Positions 48,214 through 58,614 of a DNA stretch of 64,000 bases are shown here, in pieces (position 1 is the stretch's first letter; the number at the start of each line of letters is the position of its first letter). This DNA comes from an uncultured Chryseobacterium sp. (lineage in GTDB: Bacteria > Bacteroidota > Bacteroidia > Flavobacteriales_F > PHOS-HE28), in NCBI GenBank assembly GCA_964649165.1, contig CAZYPC010000003.1, positions 11,430 through 75,429 on the forward strand, given 5' to 3'. Made by a program: the position numbers and the translations under genes. Under the pieces are notes generated by a model that ran no database searches, had not been told where the DNA came from, and saw only the letters and a program-made list of their open reading frames with translations.

Positions 48214-49317
48214 ATGAAGACCATCGGATCGAAGGGAGTGAAGTGCGCGCTGATCGCATCGGCCTTGGCGTGCGCCGTGGGCAACGGCCTGGCACAGGAC
48301 GCGCCCAAATACAGCAATGAGTTCCTCGCCATCGGCGTAGGTGCCCGCGCGTTGGGCATGGGCTACGCCTACACCGCCGGCGTGAACGATGTGACCAGCG
48401 GCTACTGGAACCCGGCAGGCCTCATGGGCATCCGTGGCGACCTGCAGGTGGCCGCCATGCACAGCGAGTATTTCGCCGGCATCGCCAAGTACGACTACAT
48501 CGGCATCGGCAAGCGCATCGACACCACCAGCGCGATCAGCTTCTCCGTGATCCGCTTCGGGGTGGACAACATCCCCAACACCACGGACCTCATCGACAAC
48601 AACGGGAACCTGGACTACGACCGCATCACCACGTTCACTGCCGCAGACCATGCCTTCCTGATCAGCTATGCGCGCAAGCTGAAGATCCCCGGTCTCCGCG
48701 TGGGCGCCAACGCCAAGATCATCTACCGTAAGGTGGGACCCTTCGCCAAGGCGTGGGGCTTCGGCTTGGATGCGGGCGCGCAGTATGACAAAGGCACCTG
48801 GAGATTGAGCGCCATGGCCCGCGATGTCACCAGCACCTTCAACGCGTGGAGCTACACACTGGATCAGCGCACCCTGGATGTCTTCGCGCAGACGGGAAAT
48901 GAGATCCCGACGAACGGCGTGGAGGTCACCCTGCCCCGCCTTGTGCTGGGCGTGGCCCGTGAGGTGAAGATCACTGGCAAGCTGGGCCTGATCGCATCGC
49001 TCGACCTGGAGAACACCTTCGATGGCAAGCGGAACACCGTACTCGCTTCCGATCTCTGGAGCGCTGATCCCCGCTTCGGCCTGGAGCTGGGATATGCAGG
49101 CGTCGTTTTCGTGCGTGGCGGCGTGAACAACATGCAGTACGTCACCGAGATCGACGGGCAGAAAGCGTTCGACTTCCAACCGAACATCGGCGTGGGCCTG
49201 AAGATCAAGAGCGTGGTGTTGGACTACGCGCTCACGAACATCGGCACAACGGGCGTGGCGCTCTATTCGAACGTGTTCTCGCTCCGCTTCGATCTGTACA
49301 AACCGAAGGCGACATGA
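48214..49317 (+). CDS. porV: T9SS outer-membrane beta-barrel protein PorV (LptO)-like
   Basis: Signal peptide. NEFLAIGVGARALGMGYAYTAGVNDVTSGYWNPAGL N-terminal motif typical of FadL-like PorV. About 367 aa. Terminal beta-strand ends with F/Y. Confidence 0.6.
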   Translation: MKTIGSKGVKCALIASALACAVGNGLAQDAPKYSNEFLAIGVGARALGMGYAYTAGVNDVTSGYWNPAGLMGIRGDLQVAAMHSEYFAGIAKYDYIGIGKRIDTTSAISFSVIRFGVDNIPNTTDLIDNNGNLDYDRITTFTAADHAFLISYARKLKIPGLRVGANAKIIYRKVGPFAKAWGFGLDAGAQYDKGTWRLSAMARDVTSTFNAWSYTLDQRTLDVFAQTGNEIPTNGVEVTLPRLVLGVAREVKITGKLGLIASLDLENTFDGKRNTVLASDLWSADPRFGLELGYAGVVFVRGGVNNMQYVTEIDGQKAFDFQPNIGVGLKIKSVVLDYALTNIGTTGVALYSNVFSLRFDLYKPKAT

Positions 49318-52300
49318 GGCGACTCGTACTCTCGGTGCTTTTGGCGGTCTCCGCTTGCTGGGCAACGGCACAGCAGAACTACGGCAACGAATGGATCAAT
49401 TACGACCAGCGCTACTGGGCTTTCTGGGTCGGAACCACCCAGGTGGCCTGGCCCGATCCCATCGACGGGTTCTGGCGCATCGATAGTGCCACACTGGCCA
49501 ACGCGGGTTTCCCCGTTGCCTCCACCGACGCACAGACGATACAGGTCTGGGGGCGTGAGCACCAAGTGCCTATCTGCTTTCCCGGTGATTCGGACCATGT
49601 GTTCAATGGCACGGACTTCATCGAATTCTATGTGCCGAAGAACGACGCGTGGCTCGATACCGCCTTGTGGGATGATCCGGCACACATCAACAACCCGTAT
49701 TACTCGGCCATCGGCGACAGCATCCAGTACTTCCTCACCATCGGCACTGCGGCCGAAAGCGAGCGTGTCCTGTACGAGGGGCCCGGCGATTGGGCGAGCC
49801 TGCCGGTGATCGAGGACTGGTACTGGGCCGAGTCCACGTTGGTGCCGACCTGGCCGTTCACGTACAAGCGTGGCAAGCGGGACTATCTGGGGACCACCAC
49901 ATCCTACATGTGCGAGGGCGAAGGGTTCTCGTTCAACGACTACGGAACGAACGGCGCTGACCTGACCGTCGTGGAGGACCTGCAACTGCCCTGGCCATGG
50001 ATCAACACTGCGGCACCTCCCCTCAAACTGTCAGCGGTGATCCTGGGGGCCAACTCGGCCAGCCAACTCCAGCACCCTGATCACCACCTGCGCTTCTCGG
50101 CCGGAACCGGATCCTTCAACCAGGTGATCGATACGATATGGACGGCGGAGAAGACGATCAAGCTGCAGGTGAGCATACCCGCAGGCGGGTATGCGAACCC
50201 CTGGGTTCCCACGACCTTCAAGCTCGTCCATGACCTGGATGATATTTACCAGGACCTGCCTCCGGACTACCCGGACCTCCAGTCCCTTTCCTACCTCCGC
50301 GCAGAGTATCCGCACGCGATCGGTGACGGCACGTTCCCCACGCAGTCCCACCGCATGAAGTTCCCCAACGATGGGCAGGACATCCGCATGCAGTTCTATA
50401 CGAACTGGGATCCGGTGATCTACGTGTTCGGGGATACAGTGCGGCGCATCACCACGGAACTGGCCAACGGTGGCTGGAAGAACTGCCGGTTACCCTACGA
50501 CCCGTCCAGCGACACCACGTTCGCCTACATGAGCAGCACTGGCACCATTCGGCTGGTGGATACCATCTTCCAGGTGAATGGTGATGGTTTCTTCAACGAC
50601 TACGGTGCGTTGAACACGGACAGCGCGTTGATCATCGTGACGCACCCCAAGCTCATGAACGGAGCGTTGCAGTACGCGCAGTACCGCGAATCGAGCCAGC
50701 ACAACCACTACAACACCGTGGTCGCGAACGTGATGGAACTCTACCAGCAGTTCGGGGGTGGCATCCTGCGTCATCCCGTGGCCATCCGCCGCTTCGCGAA
50801 GAACCTGCTCGACCGTTTCGATACGAAGCCCCAGGGTCTGTTCATCATCGGGAAGGGAACGCAGGCCCCTCGCTACGGATTCAATGATCTGAGCGGTTAT
50901 CGCAGCATGTGGCCTGGCGATTCCACGGCGCGCAAACTCTGCCTGGTTCCTTCGTTCGGCTATCCACCAAGCGACGCGCTCCTCACCATGGGGATCTCGG
51001 GGAATGACTGGGACCAGTCGATCCCCGTGGGCAGGCTCGCCGCGCAGACCGAGCAGCAGGTGATCGATTACAAGGACAAGGTGCAGGAATTGGAGCAACA
51101 GCAATCCGTTCCCGCTGCTTGGATGAAGAACATCCTGCATTTCCGAGGCGGTTTCAATGACAACGAGGTGCTCCTTTTCCAAGGCGCGCTCACCAACTTC
51201 CAGCTGATCGCCGAGGACACCTGTTTCGCGGGGCACGTCACCCAATTCGTGAAGAACCCGGATGAACTGATCTCCCAAGCCTCGGCCGACAGTGTGTATG
51301 ACCTCGTGGAACAGGGCGTAACGCTGATGACCTTCTTCGCGCACGCCAGCGGAGGTGGGTTCGATATCAGCATCGACCAACCGGGCAACTACCAGTGGAA
51401 CGGGCGCTATCCGTTCATGATCGGCAACTCCTGTTACACCGGCAACATCCACCTGCCCTCATCGAGCAGCGGAAGCGAGCAGTTCGTGTTACCCGCCGGC
51501 GCCGGCGCCATAGCCTTTCTGGCCTCCAATGACCTGGGGGTGAGCACGCCGCTGTGGGGCATGACCTCCAATTTCTACACGAGCTTCAGCCGCAAGCACT
51601 ACGGAAGCAGCATCGGCCGGCACATCCAGTACATGGATTCCGTTGCGCTCTTCACCGATTGGAGCGACATCACCACGGACGCCACCGTGCACCAATTCAC
51701 ACTGCATGGTGACCCGACGCTCAAGATGAATTCGCCGCTCCAGCCGGACATGGAGATCACACCTGCGGATGTCCGTCTCTCGCCGGATCCGGTCACAGCG
51801 GATGTGGACAGCTTCCAAGTGCGGGCCAGGGTACGAAACCTCGGCAATGCTTGCCAGTGCCCGGAATTCCCGGTAACGGCCACCCGGCTGGTCCCCGGGA
51901 ACAACGATCCGCTCACCGAAGCCACAGAACATATGGATCTGAACACCTTCGAGGATACGGTGCGGTTCACCTTGCCAGTGCTTGCGGATAGTGGCGGAGC
52001 AGGGATCAATACGCTTAACGTCAGCGTGGATCTTGTACAGAGTCCTTTCGGTATCGTTGACGAGTATGAGGATCTGTCGAACAACGAGGTCAGCAAGGCG
52101 TTCCTGGTAACGAGCGGGGATCTGATACCGGTGGACCCGTTCAATTTCGCCATCACGCTCGATCCCGCGCCAGTGCTGCAAGCGAGTACAGGGGATCCGT
52201 TCGCTCCCATGCGGGGCTACGTCTTCCAGATCGATACGATCGACACGTACGACAGTCCGATGATGGAGGAAGGTCACGTGAACGCCCCGGGTGGCGTCGT

Positions 52301-54557
52301 GAACTGGCAGCCGCCGTCCATCTATTCCTTGAACACGCTACAGGATAGCCTGGTCTACTTCTGGCGATGCAGCGTGGACAGCACAGGCAACGACGGCTTC
52401 GACTGGAAGGAGTTCTCCTTCCAGTACATCCCAGGCCGGAAGGGTTGGGGGCAGGCCCATCACATGCAGTTCAAGGACACCTCCGCGAACAACAGCTTCG
52501 AGAACCTGTTGCACCGCCGACCGGAGAGGGATTTTGAGTTCTACACAGGGGCGAGGAACGTCGGGGCGGTCGTTCAAGGGAATTCAGCAGCCATCGTGAA
52601 GTGGACGAAGGATCTCGTTACTCAGGAAGGCAGCCCGGGCTGTTTGGGTGCGAGCCCAAGTTTCATGGTGGCGGTGATCGATCCGTTCGACTTCACACCT
52701 TGGACGACCCGATGGAATGGAACCGGACACCATCTGGGCGCGATCAATGACCACATCGACGGCAGTGAACCAAGTCAACACCTCAACTACTGCTGGACCC
52801 CCACACGGCCGTACAAGGCTTTCCAGTTCCCGATCTTCGATCCGCTGTCGCCGTGGAGGGATAGTCTTCGCTACGCATTGGAGGATTCAATACCGGATGG
52901 GCACTACCTTCTCATGTACACAGTGGGTTTCCTGCTGAAGGACAGCCTGGAAAGTGATGGTATCGATGACCTGCTTATCGAGATGGGAGCGACCCAGTAT
53001 CCTTCACTTCCGGATTCCGTTCCATATATCTTTTTCTGTAGAAAGGGATTCCCCGGAACAGCCCAAGAGGTAGCCGGCACGACCAGTTCCTCTCTCATAG
53101 ATTTCGCCACGTTCGTTGACATCGTTGGCAACAGCGGCAGTATGCGGGCTCCGCGCTCTGCGGAGATGCTCCTATGGAATTCGCTGCACTGGGAGATCGA
53201 CCCGACTTTGCCCACGGATAGCGCTTGGATCCAATTGCGCACTGTGAACCAGGAAGAGAATGCCGAGGCACTGACGTACGAAGTGGACCCTGGCGCCACA
53301 ACGGATTCGCTCTGGTTGGATACGATCGGGGTCAACAGCGTGCTTCACCCGAGGATCCGGCTGAGCGGATCGTACAAGAGTGTTTTGAGCGATGATCCAT
53401 ATCCTGCCCAGACCAAGCGCTGGCAGATCGTGGGTACGCCCGCTCCGGAATGCGCGATCGATCCACCGCTCGGTTATTTCATGAACGTGGACAGCCTGTT
53501 CGAGGGCCAGACCGCACGTGTGATGGTGGCCGTACACAACATCAGCGATGTGCCTATGGACAGCCTGCTCATGGCGGCCTGGGTCACGGATGAGGACAAT
53601 GTGCGCCATACCGTGCATTGGGAGCGCAAAGCACCTCTTCCCGTGGACGGCGTGGTGCTGGACACCATCTCCATTACGCTGGCCGACGGTTATGCGGGCA
53701 TGAACGCGCTGGTGATCGAGGCGAACCCGGTGGATACGACCACGGGCATCTATGACCAACGTGAACAGTACCACTTCAACAACATCGCCACGCTCCGTTT
53801 TGAAACGTTGAAGGACCGCGAGAACCCGGTGCTTGACGTGACCTTCGACGGCGTGCATATCCTGGATGGGGACATCGTGAGCGCCAAGCCGGAGATCAAG
53901 ATGACGCTGGACGATGAGAACACCACATTGCTTTTCGACGACCTGAGCGATACAGCACAGATCAAGGTGTTCCTGCTACGCCCGGATACCACGGCTGAAG
54001 TGCGCATACCGTTCCACGACAACGCTACCGGGGAGGACATCATGCAGTTCATCCCTACCACGGGTTCCGAGAACGTGTGCAAGGTGATGTGGCATCCCGG
54101 CCAGCTTGCTGACGGGGTCCACAGGCTCCGCGTGCAAGCCTCCGACATCAGCCGGAACGAGAGCGGATCGCACGACTACACGGTGAAATTCGAGGTGATC
54201 AACAAGCCGACGATCACCGAGGTGCTCAACTATCCCAATCCGTTCACGACCAGCACCCGTTTCGTATTCACGCTTACGGGGAGTGAAGTGCCCACAGGCA
54301 TGCGCATCCGGATCATGACGATCAGCGGGCGCGTGGTGCGGGAGATCATGCAGAACGAGCTCGGGCCATTGCACATCGGGCGGAACATCACCGAGTACGC
54401 GTGGGATGGACATGACCAGTTCGGAGACAAGCTGGCTCGTGGTGTCTACCTCTACCAGGTGGTGGCCCAGTTGAACGGGCAGGACATCGAATACCGGGAG
54501 ACCAGCGCTGGTGGCTACTTCACCAAGGGATTCGGCAAGATGTACCTCCTGCGCTGA
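49314..54557 (+). CDS. porU: T9SS C-terminal signal peptidase PorU-like (gingipain/C25-family) protein, unusually long
   Basis: ATGA overlap with porV. Signal peptide. NEWINYDQRYWAF N-terminal motif. C25-like His (FFAHASGG) and Cys (MIGNSCYTGN) catalytic dyad. Own T9SS CTD at the C-terminus (NYPNPFTTSTRFVF...GVYLYQVVAQ). 1747 aa. Confidence 0.6.
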   Translation: MRRLVLSVLLAVSACWATAQQNYGNEWINYDQRYWAFWVGTTQVAWPDPIDGFWRIDSATLANAGFPVASTDAQTIQVWGREHQVPICFPGDSDHVFNGTDFIEFYVPKNDAWLDTALWDDPAHINNPYYSAIGDSIQYFLTIGTAAESERVLYEGPGDWASLPVIEDWYWAESTLVPTWPFTYKRGKRDYLGTTTSYMCEGEGFSFNDYGTNGADLTVVEDLQLPWPWINTAAPPLKLSAVILGANSASQLQHPDHHLRFSAGTGSFNQVIDTIWTAEKTIKLQVSIPAGGYANPWVPTTFKLVHDLDDIYQDLPPDYPDLQSLSYLRAEYPHAIGDGTFPTQSHRMKFPNDGQDIRMQFYTNWDPVIYVFGDTVRRITTELANGGWKNCRLPYDPSSDTTFAYMSSTGTIRLVDTIFQVNGDGFFNDYGALNTDSALIIVTHPKLMNGALQYAQYRESSQHNHYNTVVANVMELYQQFGGGILRHPVAIRRFAKNLLDRFDTKPQGLFIIGKGTQAPRYGFNDLSGYRSMWPGDSTARKLCLVPSFGYPPSDALLTMGISGNDWDQSIPVGRLAAQTEQQVIDYKDKVQELEQQQSVPAAWMKNILHFRGGFNDNEVLLFQGALTNFQLIAEDTCFAGHVTQFVKNPDELISQASADSVYDLVEQGVTLMTFFAHASGGGFDISIDQPGNYQWNGRYPFMIGNSCYTGNIHLPSSSSGSEQFVLPAGAGAIAFLASNDLGVSTPLWGMTSNFYTSFSRKHYGSSIGRHIQYMDSVALFTDWSDITTDATVHQFTLHGDPTLKMNSPLQPDMEITPADVRLSPDPVTADVDSFQVRARVRNLGNACQCPEFPVTATRLVPGNNDPLTEATEHMDLNTFEDTVRFTLPVLADSGGAGINTLNVSVDLVQSPFGIVDEYEDLSNNEVSKAFLVTSGDLIPVDPFNFAITLDPAPVLQASTGDPFAPMRGYVFQIDTIDTYDSPMMEEGHVNAPGGVVNWQPPSIYSLNTLQDSLVYFWRCSVDSTGNDGFDWKEFSFQYIPGRKGWGQAHHMQFKDTSANNSFENLLHRRPERDFEFYTGARNVGAVVQGNSAAIVKWTKDLVTQEGSPGCLGASPSFMVAVIDPFDFTPWTTRWNGTGHHLGAINDHIDGSEPSQHLNYCWTPTRPYKAFQFPIFDPLSPWRDSLRYALEDSIPDGHYLLMYTVGFLLKDSLESDGIDDLLIEMGATQYPSLPDSVPYIFFCRKGFPGTAQEVAGTTSSSLIDFATFVDIVGNSGSMRAPRSAEMLLWNSLHWEIDPTLPTDSAWIQLRTVNQEENAEALTYEVDPGATTDSLWLDTIGVNSVLHPRIRLSGSYKSVLSDDPYPAQTKRWQIVGTPAPECAIDPPLGYFMNVDSLFEGQTARVMVAVHNISDVPMDSLLMAAWVTDEDNVRHTVHWERKAPLPVDGVVLDTISITLADGYAGMNALVIEANPVDTTTGIYDQREQYHFNNIATLRFETLKDRENPVLDVTFDGVHILDGDIVSAKPEIKMTLDDENTTLLFDDLSDTAQIKVFLLRPDTTAEVRIPFHDNATGEDIMQFIPTTGSENVCKVMWHPGQLADGVHRLRVQASDISRNESGSHDYTVKFEVINKPTITEVLNYPNPFTTSTRFVFTLTGSEVPTGMRIRIMTISGRVVREIMQNELGPLHIGRNITEYAWDGHDQFGDKLARGVYLYQVVAQLNGQDIEYRETSAGGYFTKGFGKMYLLR

Positions 54558-54571
54558 GGAGCCTTGGCGCC

Positions 54572-55663
54572 ATGCACGGGCATTCACGCACCCGCTGGTC
54601 CTTCGTCGCCCTGTTCCTGTTGCTGCTGGCTGCGCTATGGGCGGCGCGCGGCATCCATGACGACAAGGAGGCGCTGAAGTACACAGGTTGCGCGCAGGAT
54701 CTCCTCAAAGGTGATGCGCATGACCTCTTCGGTCGCTACAAGGCCTACGCGAGTTATGTGCTGTTCCTCGTTCCGTGCATCGCCCTTGGAATGCCGGCGC
54801 TCGCGGTGATCGCGCAGGCCACGCTCGCGGTTCTTGCCGCGTTGGCCTTGGCCCGGCTGGTGGAACGCCTGTCAGGAAGCGTTCGGGCCGGTACGGTCGC
54901 GATGGCGATCGCCCTGTTGTGCTATCCTTTCCAGGAGTGGGTTCTTGCGTTGTATACGGAGTCCTTTTTCGCGAGCATCGCTGTGCTCTTTCTGGAACGG
55001 GCCACACAGCCTGGGCGGACGCCATGGACGGCTTTTCTGCTGGGGGGCGCTCTGTTGTTCGCCAGACCGAACGGGATCCTTTTCGTACTGCCGGTGCTCA
55101 TTTGGGGATCGCGCGAGCCGTTCGAACTACCGCATTGGATGCGACCGATGGCTTGTACCGTACTCCTTCTGCTGGTCTTGGTGCTTCCGGGGGTTCCACG
55201 TGACCACCTCGGTGTGATCGTTGAAGGTCATGTCATCTGCGGATTCCCTGAGCGTCCCGGCGCCCTGGAGCACTTCCAAGGGACCACGATACTCGACGCT
55301 CAGCGCGTCCTTTTCCAGGAGCCGACATACGCCGCAGGACTTTTTGTGCGCCGTGCGGCCTCGCTTTTCACGCTCACGCGCACGTACTATTCATCCGGAC
55401 ACAACTTGCTCCTCATGCCTCTCTATGCGCTGTTCGGCTTCGCCGCGCTGGGTTGGTGGAGAACCAGAGCCGATTCCATGGCCGGCCTCTTGCTTGCCAT
55501 CTTCCTGCTGAACGTCGCGCTCATCGGCTTGACCTACGATGAGTGGAACGGGCGCTTTCTCGTGCCTCTCTGGCCTTTGGTCATCGCATTCGCGGCGATA
55601 GGTCTGGACCGGGTTATCGAACGGTCCAGGAGTGGTGGGGCAACGGGTTCGACCACGTCCTAG
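54572..55663 (+). CDS. hypothetical polytopic membrane protein (possible glycosyltransferase-like)
   Basis: About 10 predicted TM helices. Genome-like codon usage. Located between porU and lnt. Confidence 0.4.
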   Translation: MHGHSRTRWSFVALFLLLLAALWAARGIHDDKEALKYTGCAQDLLKGDAHDLFGRYKAYASYVLFLVPCIALGMPALAVIAQATLAVLAALALARLVERLSGSVRAGTVAMAIALLCYPFQEWVLALYTESFFASIAVLFLERATQPGRTPWTAFLLGGALLFARPNGILFVLPVLIWGSREPFELPHWMRPMACTVLLLLVLVLPGVPRDHLGVIVEGHVICGFPERPGALEHFQGTTILDAQRVLFQEPTYAAGLFVRRAASLFTLTRTYYSSGHNLLLMPLYALFGFAALGWWRTRADSMAGLLLAIFLLNVALIGLTYDEWNGRFLVPLWPLVIAFAAIGLDRVIERSRSGGATGSTTS

Positions 55664-55739
55664 GTCCGTGGATGGACTATCCTCGATCCTACATTCGCCC
55701 CCTCGCCCGCAGCCGCTCCAGGGGGCCTGTGCGGACATC

Positions 55740-57404
55740 ATGCGCCAACGTCGCTACTACCTCTTCAGCGCGCTGCTGACCGGCCTTCTACTGGCTTTCT
55801 GCTGGCCCGCGAACGGCGGCCTGACACCGTTGGTCTTTCTGGCCTGGGTACCGTTGCTGTTGGCTGAGGAGCGCTTCGCGACGGATCATAAGACCCAACG
55901 GCCGCGGCACTTCATGCCTTTTGTGTTCGTGGCGGTGGCGACGTGGAACGCGCTCACCACCTGGTGGCTCTATTGTGTGAGCGAGCCCTTGGACGCCAAG
56001 CTGTTCGCGGTGATCGGGCCTAACATCGGGAATGATCTGTTGATGTGTCTCCCCTGGCTCGTGATGCGCTGGTCCCGGTGGTTCCTCACCGGTCGATGGG
56101 TGCGCGCAGTGCTCGTCGTCGCATGGATCGCTTTCGAACGCTTCCACATGCACTGGGATCTGAGCTGGCCCTGGCTCACACTGGGCAATGTGTTCGCTTC
56201 CCACACCGATTGGGTGCAGTGGTACGAGTACACGGGCCATCTCGGAGGAACGCTCTGGATATGGGGTGTGAACCTCGCGGTGTTCCACGTTCTGGCCACT
56301 GTACGCACCGATGGCGCGCGTCGCCGTCCGGGTATCGTCGCGGCCTGTTCGATCGCCGTGCCTTTCGTCGTTTCGGAATGGCGGTATGTCACGTTCCGTG
56401 AACAGGGAGAGCCGGCGGAAGTGGTCGTCGTGCAACCCGACATCGATCCCTACGACCAGAAGTTCGCCGAGGATCCGCTCGTGCAACTCGACCGTATGCT
56501 GGACCAGGCAGAGGGTGCGGTGACGGATAGCACGGTGCTGGTGGTGATGCCGGAAACCTCCCTGCAAGAGCAGCCGCGCTTGAGCGATGAGAACGGACAG
56601 CTGGTCTTTCATGGCCTTTGGGAGAACGATCTCGGACGTTCGTTGAGCGTCCAGCGCATCCGCACGTTCCTTGCGGCGCATCCCGGTCTTGCGCTGGTAA
56701 GCGGTATGTCCTCGGCCTATTTGTTCCCGGAAGGGGCGCGTCTGCCGGCTACGGCGCGTATCCTGGACGGTGCGGGTCGGGGCTTTGATGCCTACAACGC
56801 GGCGTTGCTCGTGCGGGCGAACGGTACGTTCGAGAGCTACCGCAAGAGCAAGCTCGTGCCGGGGGTGGAGCTTCTTCCGTTCGAAGAATATCTCGGGCCG
56901 ATCAGTGCGCTGGCGCTCGACCTGGGCGGCACCACCGGAAGCCTCGGCACCCAGGAGGAGCGCGAGGTGCTTGCGGCCACACCCCGGATCGCCTTCGCTC
57001 CGGTGATCTGCTACGAGAGCATCTACGGGGATCACGTCGCGGCACATGTCCGCAATGGTGCCAGATTCCTGGCGATCATGACCAATGATGCCTGGTGGGA
57101 TGATAGTCCTGCTTATCGGCAACACCTCGCCTACGGGGCACTTCGGGCCGTCGAAACGCGCCGGTCGATCGCCCGCTCGGCCAATACGGGGATCTCCTGT
57201 TTCATCGATCAGCGCGGGGATATTCATGATCCGACGCAGTGGTGGGTGCCGGCTGCGGAACGAGGCGTCGTCCTCCTTCGAGACGATCTGACCTTCTACG
57301 CGGCGCATGGTGACCTTATAGGAGGCGGAGCGCAGTGGGGTCTGGCGATCATCCTGGCGGGGTTGCTGGCCGGGTTGGTCTGGCGACTAGTGACACGTCG
57401 GTGA
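55740..57404 (+). CDS. lnt: apolipoprotein N-acyltransferase
   Basis: Internal ATG (MRQRRYYLFSALLTGLLLAF...). N-terminal TM bundle plus C-terminal CN-hydrolase domain with conserved ...ICYESIYG... About 555 aa. Confidence 0.8.
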   Translation: MRQRRYYLFSALLTGLLLAFCWPANGGLTPLVFLAWVPLLLAEERFATDHKTQRPRHFMPFVFVAVATWNALTTWWLYCVSEPLDAKLFAVIGPNIGNDLLMCLPWLVMRWSRWFLTGRWVRAVLVVAWIAFERFHMHWDLSWPWLTLGNVFASHTDWVQWYEYTGHLGGTLWIWGVNLAVFHVLATVRTDGARRRPGIVAACSIAVPFVVSEWRYVTFREQGEPAEVVVVQPDIDPYDQKFAEDPLVQLDRMLDQAEGAVTDSTVLVVMPETSLQEQPRLSDENGQLVFHGLWENDLGRSLSVQRIRTFLAAHPGLALVSGMSSAYLFPEGARLPATARILDGAGRGFDAYNAALLVRANGTFESYRKSKLVPGVELLPFEEYLGPISALALDLGGTTGSLGTQEEREVLAATPRIAFAPVICYESIYGDHVAAHVRNGARFLAIMTNDAWWDDSPAYRQHLAYGALRAVETRRSIARSANTGISCFIDQRGDIHDPTQWWVPAAERGVVLLRDDLTFYAAHGDLIGGGAQWGLAIILAGLLAGLVWRLVTRR

Positions 57405-57479
57405 TCTTCGCCGGCGCGTGCCGCCGTTATTTCGCGCCCCGTCGGATGAGCGCGCCCTCATCCCTTCCACCTCCGCTCA

Positions 57480-58529
57480 ATGGCTTCTTCCATCACCGGT
57501 GTATTGCTGATGAACGTGGGGACGCCGGACAGCCCACGCACTTCCGACGTTCGCCGCTATCTGGAACAGTTCCTGGGAGATGGACGGGTGATCGACCTGT
57601 CCTGGCTCGGCAGAAAGCTCCTGGTCAACGGGATCATCGCTCCTTTCCGCGCCCCCAAGAGTGCCAGGGCCTACGGCAAGCTCTGGACCCCGCAAGGTTC
57701 ACCGCTCGTCGTCCATGGCAACGCTTTGCGCGATGCGTTGTCGGTCGAGCTGGGCCCCGATCATCGGGTGGCCCTGGCCATGAGCTATCAGCGTCCATCC
57801 ATCCAGGAGGGCTTGCTGGCGCTACGGAGAGCGGGGGCGCAGCGTATCGTGCTCGTGCCCCTTTATCCCCAGTATGCTTCGTCCTCCACGGGCGCGTCAT
57901 TGCAGGCCGCCTTCCGGGAGATCGGGGAATGGAACGACATTCCATCGATCTCCACGATCCCTTCCTTCTACAGGGAAGAGGGCTATCTCGCGGCTTTCAC
58001 CGAGCGCATCCTGTCTTGCGTGCCGAAGGGCTACGACCACGTGCTTTTCAGCTTCCATGGATTGCCTGAACGGCATATGCATCGCTCCCACACACCCTGT
58101 TCGTCCTACCTCGATCGTAACGTGAACGAACGGCCGGTGTCAGGATGTCCCTGCGAGATCGCGGACCATGATGAGCATCCTAGCTGTTACAAGATGCAGT
58201 GCCATTGGACGGCACGCGCGCTCGCTATGCGATGCGGTCTTGAACAGGGCAGGTGGTCCGTAGGGTTCCAAAGCCGCCTGAACAGCGAATGGGTGCGCCC
58301 TTTCAGCGATGTGCGCGTTCAGGAACTTGCCAGGGAAGGGCACAAGAAGTTGCTCGTGGTCAGTCCGGCGTTCGTGGCGGATTGCCTGGAGACGCTCATC
58401 GAGATCGGCGAAGAATACGCTGAGCTGTTCCAACACCACGGTGGAGAGGAATTGCGGCTTGTTCCCAGCCTGAACGCATCCCCGATCTGGGTGGACGCCT
58501 TGGCCGCACTCGTCCGCAAAGCGGGTTGA
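57480..58529 (+). CDS. hemH: ferrochelatase
   Basis: N-terminal GVLLMNVGTPDSP. Conserved His in the FSFHGLPERH region. 349 aa. Confidence 0.9.
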   Translation: MASSITGVLLMNVGTPDSPRTSDVRRYLEQFLGDGRVIDLSWLGRKLLVNGIIAPFRAPKSARAYGKLWTPQGSPLVVHGNALRDALSVELGPDHRVALAMSYQRPSIQEGLLALRRAGAQRIVLVPLYPQYASSSTGASLQAAFREIGEWNDIPSISTIPSFYREEGYLAAFTERILSCVPKGYDHVLFSFHGLPERHMHRSHTPCSSYLDRNVNERPVSGCPCEIADHDEHPSCYKMQCHWTARALAMRCGLEQGRWSVGFQSRLNSEWVRPFSDVRVQELAREGHKKLLVVSPAFVADCLETLIEIGEEYAELFQHHGGEELRLVPSLNASPIWVDALAALVRKAG

Positions 58530-58569
58530 TCCGTGTTCAGCGGACCTTGGTACCGAACGGTCGGAAAGC

Positions 58570-58597
58570 AGAGAAGCCGCCCGAAGGCGGCTTCTCT
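58570..58597. terminator. bidirectional Rho-independent terminator between hemH and convergent T9SS cargo gene
   Basis: AGAGAAGCCGCC-cgaa-GGCGGCTTCTCT perfect 12-bp stem with GNRA-like tetraloop, followed by TTGAAAAT. Confidence 0.7.
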
Positions 58598-58614
58598 TGA
58601 AAATATGGGGACGA

